DNA of 64,000 nucleotides from Eledone cirrhosa (Eukaryota): NCBI GenBank assembly GCA_964016885.1, contig OZ024741.1:199144001-199208000 (forward strand), given 5' to 3'. Of this stretch, positions 1 through 14,691 are shown piece by piece. Under the pieces are notes generated by a model. That model did no database searches. It had not been told where the DNA came from and was given only the letters and a program-made list of their open reading frames with translations. Within the stretch, counting starts at the first letter, position 1, and every line of letters starts with the position of its first letter. The translations under genes and the position numbers were made by a program.

Positions 1-2347
1 TTTTTCTGGGTCTGCCTACTCCGTGGCTACCGTCTATTTTTATCGCCCTGCACTTTTTTATACAGCTGTCGTCTTCCATGCGCATCACTTGACCGTACCA
101 ACGTAGTCTTCTCTCGAGTAAACAACATCTGATCCCTCTTATTCCTAATTTCTCCCTTAGTTCGTTTATGCTTTGCCGTTCACGTATATTACTATTACAC
201 ATCCAACGGAGCATGCAAGCTTCGTTCCTCTCTAGTCTGCGTATATCCTCTGCACACAATGCCCAGGTCTCACTGCCATGTAACATTGCTGTTCGTATGC
301 AGGCATCATACAGCCTGCCTTTCATTTTTAGAGAGAACCCTTTAGCGGCTAATAGTGGTATAAGCTCTCTGAACTTTTTCCATTCCGTTCTGACTCTAGC
401 TACTGTACTTTCAGAGCACCCTCCCCCACTGCTGATTTTGTCACCCAGGTAACGGAAGGTGTCCACTATTTCTATAGTACCATCTGTGCAATGGAATGAG
501 CTAGTATTCTGTGGGCACTTGCTGCTACTTATAGCACCAGAGCACCGGCCACATATAAAATCTATATTCTTAGTTAGCTTACCTGTGATCCCACTACATC
601 TTTTATGCACTCATACTTTGCATTTGGGACATAAAATGGAGTTTCTGCCTACTCCTTTCCTACACACTGAGCATGGCCATTTCCCAGATGGGACCGGTGC
701 CTTATTTTCCTTCCTACAAACTAGAACTTTAGTCTTAGACAAGTTAACTTTAAGGCCTTTGAGATTCTAGGCCATGCTTCCATGTTTGGAATTTCTTCTC
801 TAGTTCAACCATTGATTCAGCTATGAGCATATAGGAGTTCCCATGGGCAGCCGGTCTTGAACTCCTCTGTTATAGCCTGAAGGACAATAATAAATAGTAG
901 GGGGCTAAGAACGGAGCCCTGATGAACACCAACTTTTACGCTTAACTCTTCACTATATTCGTTGTTAATTCTAACCTTGCTGACTGTTTCTTTATACATG
1001 GCTTGTATAGCTCTCACAAGCCATTCATCAACACCTAGTTTTCTAAGCGCCCACCAGATAATGGAGCGGGGGACTCTGTCAAAGGCTTTCTCCAAGTCAA
1101 CAAAAGCTAAGTATAAAGGTTTACTTTTAGCTAGGTACTTCTCCTGTAGTTGTCGTACAATGAAAAGAGCGTCTGTGGTACTTTTACCTGGCACAAACTC
1201 GAACTGCATTTCATCTAGATCAATTCGTTCTCTGATTAGTTGCGCTATTACTTTTTCTGTGACCTTCATGACCTGGTCGATTAATTTAATGCCTCTATAG
1301 TTACCCCTATCAAGAGCATCTCCTTTACCCTTGTAACAGTTAATGATGATGCTGCTGCGCCAGTCCTTCGGAACAACCCCATTCTGTACGACTTGGTTAA
1401 CTATCCGGGTGACCATAGTGTGTCCCACCGTTCCAGATGCTTTCAGCATTTCAGCAACTATTTCCGAAGGCCCAGCCGCCTTACCCGTCTTCATATCTTT
1501 GATTGCCTTACCTATTATACTACCTTCAACTAACACTGCTGGTCCCTCTATTGGATCGATGTGGGGCAGACTGTCTTTCTCCCATTTATTCTCCTCATTT
1601 AGTAGCCTCTCGTAGTGACACTTCCAAGCTACCTTCTTATCAGCGTCAGTGATGGCAAGTACGCCGTCATCATTAAGTACACACTTCTCCCCGACAATAT
1701 CACTGTTTTCCTTGACACATTGCCTAGCAATCCTGAACACCTCACGTTTTTGGTTCTCGCTTTGTAGAACATGCTTGAACTTTCTTTCCTCTGCTTCCCT
1801 TCTTGCGAAGTACACTTGTCTCCTAGCTTCCCTCCTGGCCACTTGATAGTCTTCTCTACTTCCCCCATCCCGCCATACTTTCCAAGCCTGCTTTTTGGCC
1901 TTGATTGACTCCTCCACCTTACTATTCCACCACCATGTTACTCTCCTCCTGTCTATAGGCCTGCTCCAGCCACAAACTTCATCTGCCGCCTTCAGCAGGT
2001 TAGCTTTCAGGAATTCCCACTGTTCCTCTATATTGTACGACTCTAATTACTCTTCCTTACTGTCGAAAGCATCAAGTAATATGCTTTTAAATTTATTACT
2101 GGTTGTGGGGTCCTTTAGCTTCAATATTTTTCTCCTGAGGATAGTCCTCCTCTGTTTTCGAGTACATCTTGTCCTGACTACGAGGTTGCTGACTATGAGT
2201 CTATGTTGGGAGGTGCATTCTTCATGGGGGAGGGATTTAGTGTTTATGACAGACACTCTATCACGTCTTCTGGTAAGGATATAATCTATCTGACTGGCGT
2301 GTTCCCCTGATCTATAGGTGATCAAGTGATTGTCTCGTTTTTTGAAA
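1..2347 (-). mobile_element. RTE-clade LINE, copy A (end of APE endonuclease + RT + PHD; 5'-truncated, runs off window start; inactive)
   Basis: ORFs 2047-2325 (SQIDYIL, APE C-terminus) and 817-1917 (NYRGIKL, FVDLEKAFD, VHQGSVLSPLLF). A 14-nt deletion at 827/828 relative to copy B turns YADD into YAHS*. The 5' end abuts (TA)n. Confidence 0.95.
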
Positions 2348-3144
2348 TATACATATATATATATATATATTTCTAAATATCTATATCTGTCTTAGATACC
2401 AGCAATGCATGCACAATAATAGCTGAAAATGAATTGAAACCAGTTATGAATCTAAGCAAACAGCATTTGCACAGAAGAGAACTTTGTTTTGGGATGTCTG
2501 GCTATCTATCTGTCTATCTATGTGTCTATTTCTCTGTCTATCTCACACTATATATATATCTGTATACCTATCTATCTATTCATTTAACTATTTACCCTTA
2601 TTTATTATGCAATGCAGAGAAATATCTTTGGCAGCCATTGTAGAATAAATGCACATATAAAAAGAGAAAAAACACACACACAGACACATATACGAAAAAG
2701 AACATAAATACTTGGCAGATTCATACACACATGTGCCACACACACACACATCTAATAATAAATGACTTGAGAATGAGAGAGCAGGTAAAGGAGGTTCAGA
2801 AATATTTATAGAGAGTGAAAAAGAAGAGACAAAAAGAAGTTAAAATCCAGAACAAATGAGGGTAAATAAAGAAGGGAAAATTTGTGATATACAGTGAGAG
2901 TTGATGGAAGCATTTAAAAAAAAATTTTACATATGTGAATGAGTATGCATGTGGTCTATATATATATTTACACATAAACCTATATACACACAAACACTCA
3001 CATACATATGTATGTATGTGTGTGTGTGCATATATATATATATGTATATAGTTGTTATATAGTAAGGTGCATTATTGGTTGTGTAAAATGGTCCAATAAC
3101 TTTATGTTAGCAATATTAAGTTCTATGTATGTATATATATATAT

Positions 3145-3347
3145 AGTCCACGCTGTAATGTGGCCGTGTAGGCAACACGGTAAAAACCTCCCAGCCCCAC
3201 ACTGTAAATGTGGTTGCTGTTAGGAAGGGCATCCAGCTGTAGAAAACCCGCCAGACAGCAAGACGACCACTCTTGCCTCAAGTGGGAAAACCCCCGTCCA
3301 AACCCATGCAAGCGTGGAACACGGACGCTAAACCTTGATGATGATGA
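3145..3347 (+). mobile_element. Short 3'-end fragment of the RTE family with (GAT)n tail
   Basis: Matches the RTE 3' UTR at ~20155-20371; ends gatgatgat; TA tracts on both sides. Confidence 0.9.
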
Positions 3348-4279
3348 TATACACAGATGTATACATACATATAATAATATTGAAACAAAGTCATTGGAAG
3401 AACTGATGTCTCTATGACTGTTTTCTCACTCAATGTTTTAATTAAACCAACATCATTAAGACACCAACCAAAAGGGAAAGCAGAGTGCACACTTATATGT
3501 TAAATTTCATGTGGGTAGACAATTTAATTCTCTCTCTCCGGACTTATGCACTTGTTTCTGCTACCCCATCTGCTGGTGACAGTCTATGTTGTATTGGCGT
3601 GCACAGAAAATAGGTATTGCTATTAAAGATTATGCATTTGGCTAAGAGTAGCTTCATCGGCGGGAGTTAGCCTCTTTGGATCAGGTCAAACAGCAGCCCA
3701 CTGTATTTGATGTGGAATCGCCGTTACAGTAGTTAGCACCACTTTTAGTGTCATGTGACAGTGAAAGAGAGCTAAGCTAGTATTCCCTACTTTTGAGGAA
3801 CACACTCGTACGTTTTTACGAATTGAAAAAAGTAAAGAATGAGCCATTAAAACACTTGACCAGGCCTTCAGTATATATATATAGTGGTAAAAAACTCAGA
3901 GCACTCAGTCCAAAGGATGTGTTTAGTTATAGAGTTAGTTCCTCAACAAATTAGCAAACCATACTTGAGAACACATGTTTTACCCGAAGGATTCTTCAAT
4001 TCGGATATGGTTATAGTGAGAAAGGAAGTACATACGAGCTGGCTAGATTCTGCACAGCAGATGTCAGTATTTGAATGACAAGGGAGATAACTCAATTAGA
4101 CTATTGTAGGGGGGACAACCTTTGAAGAACGATCGTTTGTGATAGTTCAGTCCGGGTTAATCTTTTGGTTATCCTGGGTCCTTCCAGTTACATAATAGAA
4201 ACTTCACAGCATGGGAGCAGTGGTTATAAAATTGGCTCTCATGTTAAGGCAAGCACTGTTATGTAATCCCTGCAAGGTA

Positions 4280-4428
4280 TTTACTCTTTAATCTATGAGA
4301 TTTTGATGTTATTTATTTTGAGAACATTACCTTAACGTCAGTATGAGTGGCCAGTTACGACCAGTTTGAACAGAAAGAGATGAGAGATTTCTGACTTGTT
4401 ATGGCTGGTTTAAATGCTAAAGGGCTAA
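4280..4428. mobile_element. Partial piggyBac-like MITE (same family as 36058, 54262, 61774)
   Basis: Shared internal sequence and terminus aaatgctaaaggg; left end not resolved. Confidence 0.6.
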
Positions 4429-5169
4429 ACAATCTCAAAAGCAGCATTGCCTTCCTAAAATGTGTTCTTTCTAATATTTTTAGGCACTATATTGGGACAT
4501 AAGATAGAAGATAAGTTGCTCTATTTTATCATATATTAATATTCAAACTAAGCTAAATGGAGAGTTGGTTGGTGTCTTAATGATGAGAGTTCCATTAATC
4601 AAAATTGCTCCAGGAACGTCTACTGCTCCATAGGGAGCAAAAGGAACTAAAGAAGAAGAAAAATATTTAGTATGCTACCAGTTGGTACTTATTTGTAATT
4701 GCTTATCATGTCTCTTCTCATATATGCACTGGGTTGACTTGTGCTAATTTCTCTCTTGTCATTATCATATTTCTCATGAAAGACACTGCCTTTCATTTTC
4801 TAACAATTTTGAAAAAATTCAAGAATTTGGAAAAATTTAGTAATATAACTAATTTCTTCCCTATTTATTGCTGTTTGTAGCATAACTTAAAGGTTCCTAC
4901 TTAAAATGATGAAATGTTTTTAGCTTAATATAAACACTTTAAAATAAATAGTTTTGAATCATAGAATCAGAGACAGTTCCAGGAAGTATGGTAACAGAAG
5001 GGTTAAATTATAGTAAAAAAAAAACGATTTTAGTTGACTAGTTTATAGGATAGGTAAATTGATATATTTCCAACACCTCCACCCACATGATCGCCTTCTC
5101 TGCCAACTTCATATTCCCCTCCTTCTTGACCCCCAGTTTCTAGTTCGATGATGCCAGCATGGAAAGATA

Positions 5170-5438
5170 GTAGTGAGACATGGGCAGCAACTGCAGAGGA
5201 TATGCGACGGCTGGAGAGAAATGAGGCAAGCATGCTCAGTTGCATGTGCAATGTCAATGTGCGTGAACGACCAAGCATGGATGTGTTGAGAGAAAAACTG
5301 TGTTTAAGAGGGATAAGTTGTAGTGTGCGAGAGAGAAGACTGCAATGGTATGGACATGTGATGCGTATGGAGGATGACTGCTGGGAAAAGAAGTGCCAAG
5401 AAATGCCAGTCGAAGGAAGACGAAGTAGAGGAAGACCA
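5170..5438 (+). mobile_element. Older RTE-family C-terminal fragment
   Basis: SETWAATAEDMRRLERNEASML...RERRLQWYGHVMRM...RGRP. Confidence 0.85.
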
Positions 5439-6649
5439 TTTAGTTATAGAAACTATGCCAAAATGGAATGTATGAGCATGATGCAGGCATGCATGCATTG
5501 AAAGTAGATGTAAAATGGTGATGGTGATGATGATATGCATCTAAAGTTTCCTATATATTTGTGTGGTTCTTTGGTATGTGTTGAGATGGATCTGAAAAAT
5601 AGGGAATTTCCCACAACAAGCTTGACATTTCTGGAGTTGAGAAGTTTCCTCTCATTGGCTTCTTTTGAAATACCTATCTTTCCCTTTATGGGCTTTGTCC
5701 ATGGTCGGCCTTGTGTATATCAGCAGTGCATGACACCAAAAGTCTCACCAATTATATAGCAATCACCTGTTACTCTCTCTGCAGTACATGTTCTAATCTG
5801 AAAGAAAAGGTTGTTGCTAAAGCTTTGGAGCATCTTCATACCATTGTAATGCCAGATACCAAGAAATGGTGAGACTGAGTAGTCAAGTTGATGTATTTAC
5901 TGGTGATAGTACTCTTTTGTTAACATTAATGTACTATCATTAAATATTTGGAATAGGGAGAATTATAACTGCAAGAGAGAAATTTCTGGCAAGCCAAGTT
6001 TGTGACATGGTTTCTTGTTTGAAGTTAATTCCTTTCCTTTAATTTGTTGGGGTCCTTAAGAGAGGCGTTAATGCCATGCAATCTTATTTCCTTGCACCAC
6101 ATATTTATGGCTTCATGTTTAAATAGAAAATCAATATTATACTTTAATTTTAATTTCTCTAAAACATTAAACTATTTTCTAGAAAATCATGTAAAGCACG
6201 TTGATATTTTATAAAGAAATATATAGCATTAGTTTAAACATTTATTCCATCTAAACTATTATATATTATATATTATATGGTAGAAATTTTCTCAAAATCA
6301 CATCAATTTAGTTGAAAACTTGCAAGTGCAAAACGTATGTTTATGCTTCAGTTTAAAGATTTCAAGTACATGTTGCAGTTGAGATATTGTTATTGGCAGA
6401 AGAAATTCTCTTTAACAAGTTAGCTCATTGAACATTCCTCACTACTTTCATGCAGCTCACTCAACTATGTGGCATCTAATTTCCTTGAAATTACATTTTT
6501 GTCTGGTAGATTCTTTCAGGCCATAATCGAATCTGTTTCTTCTGGAAAATTAAAAGTTCTTTTTTTTTTTCATGAATCTTTATAATTTTCTGTCTTATCT
6601 CATTCACTCTCCAGCTCTTACCATCTGTTCTCGCCCCATCTCCCTCCCC

Positions 6650-6905
6650 ATATATATATATAGTGTGTATATATATATAGTGTGTGTGTATATATATATA
6701 TATATGTTTATATAGTATATATATATATATATAGTATATATATATATAGTGTGTATATATATATATAGTGTGTGTGTATATATATATATATATGTTTATA
6801 TAGTATATATATATATAGTATATATATATATAGTGTATATATATATAGTGTATATATATATATATAGTATATATATAGTATATATATATATAGTGTATAT
6901 ATATA

Positions 6906-6939
<34 letters not shown>

Positions 6940-7984
6940 TATATATATACACTATATATATATACACTATATATATATACACTATATATATATATACTAT
7001 ATATATATATATATAGTATATATATATATATAGTGTATATATATATATATATAGTGTATATATATATATATATATATAGTGTATATATATATATAGTATA
7101 TATATATATATAGTGTATATATACATAGTATATATATATAGTGTATATATACATAATATATACATAGTGTATATATACATAGTATATATATATATAGTGT
7201 ATATATACATAGTATATATATATAGTGTATATATACATAGTATATATATATATAGTATATATATATATAGTGTATATATACATAGTATATATATATATAG
7301 TATATATATATAGTGTATATATATATAGTGTACATATACATAGTATATATATATATATATAGTATATATATATAGTGTATATATATATAGTGTATATATA
7401 TATATATATATAATGTATATATATATAGTGTATATATATATAGTGTGTATATATATATATAGTGTATATATATATATATAGTGTATATATATATATATAT
7501 AGTGTATATATATATACATAGTATATATATATAGTGTATATATATAGTGTATATATATATAGTGTATATATATATATAGTGTATATATATATATAGTGTA
7601 TATATATATATAGTGTATATATATATAGTGTATATATATATATAGTGTATATATATATATATATATAGTGTATATATATATACATAGTATATATATATAT
7701 AGTGTATATATATATATATATATTGTATATATATATAGTGTATATATACATAGTATATATATATATATAGTATATATATATATGTATATATATATATAGT
7801 ATATATATATATATATATAGTATATATATATATAGTATATATATATATATATATAGTATATATATATATAGTATATATATATATATATAGTATATATATA
7901 TATATATATATATAGTATATATATATATATCTATTTATATATATATATATACTATATATATATATATATACTATATATATATAG

Positions 7985-8015
<31 letters not shown>

Positions 8016-10459
8016 TATATATATATATATACTATATATATATATAGTATACTATATATATATATATATATATAGTATATATATAGTATATATATATATA
8101 GTATATATATATAGTATATATATATAGTATATATATATAGTATATATATATATAGTATATATATATATAGTATATATATATATAGTATATATATATATAG
8201 TATATATATATAGTATATATATATAGTATATATATATATAGTATATATATATAGTATATATATATAGTGTATATATATATAGTATATATATATATATAGT
8301 GTATATATATATAGTGTATATATATATAGTGTATATATATATAGTGTATATATATATAGTATATATATATAGTATATATATATATAGTATATATATATAT
8401 AGTATATATATATAGTATATATATATAGTATATATATATATATGTATATATATATAGTATATATATATAGTATATATATATATAGTATATATATATAGTA
8501 TATATATATAGTATATATATATATAGTATATATATATATAGTATATATAGTATATATATATATATAGTATATATATATATAGTATATATATATATAGTAT
8601 ATATATATATAGTATATATATATAGTATATATATATAGTATATATATATATATATATATATATAGTATATATATATATAGTATATATATATATAGTATAT
8701 ATATATATATATATAGTATATATATATATAGTATATATATATAGTATATATATATAGTATATATATATAGTATATATATATATAGTATATATATATATAT
8801 ACTATATAGATAGTATATATATATAGTATATATATATAGTATATATATATATAGTATATATATATATATACTATATAGATAGTATATATATATATAGTAT
8901 ATATATATATAGTATATATATATATAGTATATATATATAGTATATATATATATATATATAGTATATATATATATAGTATATATATATATATAGTATATAT
9001 ATATATAGTATATATATATATAGTATATATATATATATAGTATATATATATATAGTATATATATATATAGTATATATATATATAGTATATATATATATAG
9101 TATATATATATATAGTATATATATATATAGTATATATATATAGTATATATATATATAGTATATATATATATAGTATATATATATATAGTATATATATATA
9201 TAGTATATATATATAGTATATATATATAGTATATATATATAGTATATATATATAGTATATATATAGTATATATATATAGTATATATATATATAGTATATA
9301 TATATAGTATATATATATAGTATATATATATATAGTATATATATATAGTATATATATATAGTATATATATATAGTATATATATATAGTATATATATATAG
9401 TATATATATATATAGTATATATATATAGTATATATATATAGTATATATATATAGTATATATATAGTATATATATATAGTATATATATATATAGTATATAT
9501 ATATAGTATATATATATAGTATATATATATATAGTATATATATATAGTATATATATATAGTATATATTTATAGTATATATATATAGTATATATATAGTAT
9601 ATATATAGTATATATATATATACTATATATATATACTATATATATATACTATATATATATATACTACATATATATATACTACATATATATATACTATATA
9701 TATACTATATATATATATACTATATATATATATATACTATATATATATATATACTATATATATATATATACTATATATATATATACTATATATATATATA
9801 TACTATATATATATATACTATATATATATATACTATATATATATATACTATATATATATATACTATATATATATATACTATATATATATACTATATATAT
9901 ATATATATATCTATATATATATATACTATATATATATACCATATATATATATACTATGTATATATACACTATATATATATACTATGTATATATACACTAT
10001 ATATATATACTATGTATATATATACTATGTATATATACACTATATATATACTATGTATATATATATATACTATGTATATATATACTATGTATATATATAT
10101 ACTATGTATATATATATACTATGTATATATATATATATACTATGTATATATATATATATACTATGTATATATATATATACTATGTATATATATATATACT
10201 ATGTATATATATATATACTATGTATATATATATATATACTATGTATATATATATATATACTATGTATATATATATATATACTATGTATATATATATATAC
10301 TATGTATATATATATATACTATGTATATATATATACACTATGTATATATATATACAATATATATTATATAGTATATATATATAGTATATATATAGTATAT
10401 ATATATATATATATAGTATATATAGTATATATATATATATATAGTATATATATATATAG
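6650..10459. repeat. ~3.8 kb (TA)n-derived array with G/C-interrupted units
   Basis: Units (TA)nG, (TA)nGTG, CATAG, then C(TA)n and CTATG; polarity switches near 9620. Confidence 0.97.
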
Positions 10460-12817
10460 TATCATCAACATCATCAACTTTTAACGTCCGTGTTCCACGC
10501 TTGCATGAGTTTGGACGGGGGTATTCCCACTTGAGGCAAGAGTGATTGTCTTGCTCGCATAGGACTGTCTGGCATGTTTTCTACAGTTGGATGCCCTTCC
10601 TAACACCAACCACATTTACAGTGTGGGACTGGGAGGTTTTTACCGTGTTGCCTACACGGCCACATTACAGCGTGGACTGTGTGTTTTTTTATCGTGACAC
10701 CTACACGATCTCATTTGTTTCGGCCTGGATGTTGTGGCACCAACATAACTTTACATAGGAGGGGATGGTGTGGATGGGGTGGGGGTGGTGGGACGGGGGT
10801 GTATTTTGTTAGAGATGCCTACTGGCTGTAGTAGGTTTTACTATGTATTTAGGTAAGGCGGGTCTTCTCTATTACTGAGTACCGCCAAAGGTCTCGGTCC
10901 AGTGACATTGTCTTGGAGAGGTGTAAGTGTGTGAGGTCGAAGTTTATCAGCTCGTCCCAGGATTTTCTAGGTTTGCCTATTCCGTGGCTACCGTCTATCT
11001 TTATTGCCCTGCACTTTGTTATACAGCTATCGACTTTCATGCGCATCACATGTCCGTACCAACGTAGCCTTCTCTCGAGTAAACAACATCTGATCCCTCT
11101 TATTTCTAATTTTTTCCTTAGTTCGTTTATGCTTTGCCGTTCACGTATATTACTATTACGCATCCAGCGGGGCATGCAAGCTTCGTTCCTCTCTAGTCTG
11201 CGTATATCCTCTGCGCACAATGCCCAGGTCTCACTGCCATGCAACATAGCTGTTCGTATGCAGGCATCATACAACCTGCCTTTCATTTTTAGGGAGAACT
11301 CTTTAGCGGCTAATAGTGGTATAAGCTCTCTGAACTTTTTCCATCCAGTTCTGACTCTAGCTACTGTACTTTCGGAGCACCCTCCCCCACTGCTGATTTT
11401 GTCACCCAGGTAACGGAAGCTGTCCACTATTTCTATAGAGCCCTCTGCGCAATTGAAAGAGTTAGTATTTTGTGGGCACTCGCTGCTACTTATTGCACCA
11501 GAGCACCGCCCACATGTAAAATCTAAGTTCTTAGTTAGCTTACCTGTGATCCCACTACATCTTTTATGCACCCATACTTTGCATTTGGGACATAAAATGG
11601 AGTTTCTGCCTACTCCTTTCCTACACACTGAGCATGGCCATTTCCCGGAAGGGACCGGCGCCTTATTTTCTTTCCTACAAACTAGAACTTTAGTCTTAGC
11701 CAGGTTAATTTTAAGGCCTTTTGATTCTAGGCCGTGCTTCCATGTTTGGAATTTCTTCTGTAGCTCGGCTATTGATTCAGCTATGAGTGTCAGGTCGTCT
11801 GCGTATAGGAGTTCCCATGGGCAGCCGGTCTTGAACTCCTCTGTTATAGCCTGAAGGGCAATAATAAATAGTAGGGGGCTGAGAACAGAGCCCTGATGGA
11901 CGCCAACTTTTACGCTAAACTCTTCACTATATTCGTTGTTAATTCTAACCTTGCTGACTGTTTCTTTATACATGGCTTGTATAGCTCTCACAAGCCATTC
12001 GTCGACACCTAGTTTTCTAAGGGCCCACCAGATAATGGAACGGGGGACTCTGTCGAAGGCTTTCTCCAAGTCGACAAAAGATAAGTAGAGGGGTTTACCT
12101 TTAGCTAGGTACTTCTCCTGTAGTTGACGTACAATGAAAAGAGCGTCTGTGGTACTTTTGCCTGACACAAACCCGAACTGCATTTCATCTAGGTCAATTC
12201 TCTCTCTGATTAGTTGCGCTATTACTTTTTCTGTGACCTTCATGACCTGGTCGATTAGTTTAATGCCTCTATAGTTACTCCTATCTAGGGCATCTCCTTT
12301 ACCCTTATGACAGTTAACGATGATGCTGCTATGCCAGTCCTTCGTAACAACCCCCTTCTGTACGACTTGGTTAACTATCCGGGTGGCCAAGGTGTGTCCC
12401 ACCGAGCCAGATGCCTTCAGCATCTCAGCAACTATTTCCGAAGGCCCAGCCGCCTTACCCGTCTTCATATCCTTGATTGCCTTACTTATTATACTACCCT
12501 CGACTAACACTGCTGGTCCCTCTATTGGGTCGATGTGGGGGAGACTGTCTTTCTCCCATTTATTCTCCTCATTTAGTAGCCTTTTATAGTGGCACTTCCA
12601 AGCTACCTTCTTATCAGCGTCGGTGATGGCAAGTACGCCATCATCATTAAGTACAGACTTCTCCCCGACAATATCACGGTTTTCCTTGACACATTGCCTA
12701 GCAATCCTGAACACCTCACGTTTTTGGTCCTCGCGTTGTAGAACATGCTTGAACTTTCTTTCCTCTGCTTCCCTTCTTGCAAAGTACACTTGTCTCATAG
12801 CCTCCCTCCTGGCCACT
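10460..12817 (-). mobile_element. RTE-clade LINE, copy B (5'-truncated, intact RT and 3' UTR, (GAT)n-like tail)
   Basis: Tail atcatcaacatcatc at ~10461; 3' UTR 10480-10848; uninterrupted reading frame; TA arrays on both sides. Confidence 0.97.
10849..12816 (-). CDS. RTE ORF, partial: reverse transcriptase + PHD finger + C-terminal domain (no natural start; the N-terminal Y/I tract of the ORF call is microsatellite)
   Basis: FVDLEKAFD, QGSVLSPLLF, YADD (11794-11805), C4HC3 motif 11503-11634, FRYLG, RLRWYGHV, GKPRKSW. Confidence 0.9.
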   Translation of the reverse strand: MARREAMRQVYFARREAEERKFKHVLQREDQKREVFRIARQCVKENRDIVGEKSVLNDDGVLAITDADKKVAWKCHYKRLLNEENKWEKDSLPHIDPIEGPAVLVEGSIISKAIKDMKTGKAAGPSEIVAEMLKASGSVGHTLATRIVNQVVQKGVVTKDWHSSIIVNCHKGKGDALDRSNYRGIKLIDQVMKVTEKVIAQLIRERIDLDEMQFGFVSGKSTTDALFIVRQLQEKYLAKGKPLYLSFVDLEKAFDRVPRSIIWWALRKLGVDEWLVRAIQAMYKETVSKVRINNEYSEEFSVKVGVHQGSVLSPLLFIIALQAITEEFKTGCPWELLYADDLTLIAESIAELQKKFQTWKHGLESKGLKINLAKTKVLVCRKENKAPVPSGKWPCSVCRKGVGRNSILCPKCKVWVHKRCSGITGKLTKNLDFTCGRCSGAISSSECPQNTNSFNCAEGSIEIVDSFRYLGDKISSGGGCSESTVARVRTGWKKFRELIPLLAAKEFSLKMKGRLYDACIRTAMLHGSETWALCAEDIRRLERNEACMPRWMRNSNIRERQSINELRKKLEIRGIRCCLLERRLRWYGHVMRMKVDSCITKCRAIKIDGSHGIGKPRKSWDELINFDLTHLHLSKTMSLDRDLWRYSVIEKTRLT

Positions 12818-13133
12818 ATATATATATATATATATATATATAGTATATATATATGTAGTATATATATAGTATATATATATATATATATAGTATATATATA
12901 TGTAGTATATATATAGTATATATATATATATATATATATATAGTATATATATATGTAGTATATATATAGTATATATATATATATAGTATATATATATGTA
13001 GTATATATATAGTATATATATATATATATATAGTATATATATATATAGTATATATATATGTAGTATATATATAGTATATATATATATATATATAGTATAT
13101 ATATATATATATATATAGTATATATATATATAG

Positions 13134-13164
<31 letters not shown>

Positions 13165-13275
13165 TATATATATATATACATAGTATATATATATATATAT
13201 AGTATATATATATATATATAGTATATATATATATAGTATATACATATATATATATATATAGTATATATATATATA

Positions 13276-13319
<44 letters not shown>

Positions 13320-13374
13320 TATATATATATAGTATATATATATATATAGTATATATATATATATAGTATATATA

Positions 13375-13414
<40 letters not shown>

Positions 13415-13445
13415 TATATATATATATATAGTATATATATATATA

Positions 13446-13485
<40 letters not shown>

Positions 13486-14300
13486 TATATATATATATAG
13501 TATATATATATATATAGTATATATATATATATATATATAGTATATATATATATATAGTATATATATAGTATATATATATATATAGTATATATATATATAG
13601 TATATATATATAGTATATATATATATATATAGTATATATATAGTATATATATATATAGTATATATATAGTATATATATATATATAGTATATATATAGTAT
13701 ATATATATATATAGTATATATATATAGTATATATAGTATATATATATATAGTATATATATATAGTATATATATATAGTATATATATATATAGTATATATA
13801 TATAGTATATATAGTATATATATATATATAGTATATATATATAGTATATATAGTATATATATATATATAGTATATATATATAGTATATATAGTATATATA
13901 TATATATAGTATATATATATAGTATATATAGTATATATATATATATAGTATATATATATAGTATATATATATATAGTATATATATATATATAGTATATAT
14001 AGTATATATATATATAGTATATATATATATAGTATATATAGTATATATATATATATAGTATATATATATATATATATATAGTATATATAGTATATATATA
14101 TATAATATATATAGTATATATATATATAATATATATAGTATATATATATATAATATATATAGTATATATATATATAATATATATAGTATATATATATATA
14201 GTATATATATATATAGTATATATAGTATATATATATATATAGTATATATATAGTATATATAGTATATATATAGTTATATAATATATATATATATATATAT
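12817..14300. repeat. (TA)nG array
   Basis: Direct inspection. Confidence 0.97.
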
Positions 14301-14605
14301 TCTATTCTAAGGCGGGTAAAATTCCCGAGATCCATGGACGAGTTCTCTCCAGCGGTCTCTGTCCCTCATTATCGCTGCCATGTCCTGCGTCTCCAATAGA
14401 CCAGTGTCTGTCCTTAGGGCATCAACATACGTTAACCTTGGTCTTCCTCTTCAAGTGTGTCCATGTAGGGGCTCCCACAGGAGCACTGAGTGCAATGTCA
14501 ACTCTGGATGTCGGTGAGCATGTCCAGCTAACCTCAGTATCTTCTGTGTCACTTTTGAGCTGACTTTTGGGATGCTCCCATACAGCTCTGAGTTTTTCAT
14601 CCTCA
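14301..14605 (-). mobile_element. 3' end of a second, divergent non-LTR (RTE-like) retrotransposon family
   Basis: Minus strand reads LRLAGHAHRHPEL...LLWEPLHG..RGRPRLTYVDALRTDTGL...DRDRWRELV; embedded in TA arrays. Confidence 0.75.

Positions 14606-14691
<86 letters not shown>

Noticed and set aside
168-2284. Antisense ORFs over RTE copies (repeated at 10913-12916, 21451-22479, 26216-27003)
   Set aside because: Shadow frames of the RTE ORF; they recur only because the copies are homologous
5784-5868. Exon-like segment (ctctctgcag ... gtgaga) encoding TCSNLKEKVVAKALEHLHTIVMPDTKK
   Set aside because: No resemblance to the expected preceding myosin exon (HYAG/KN.D region) and no other support
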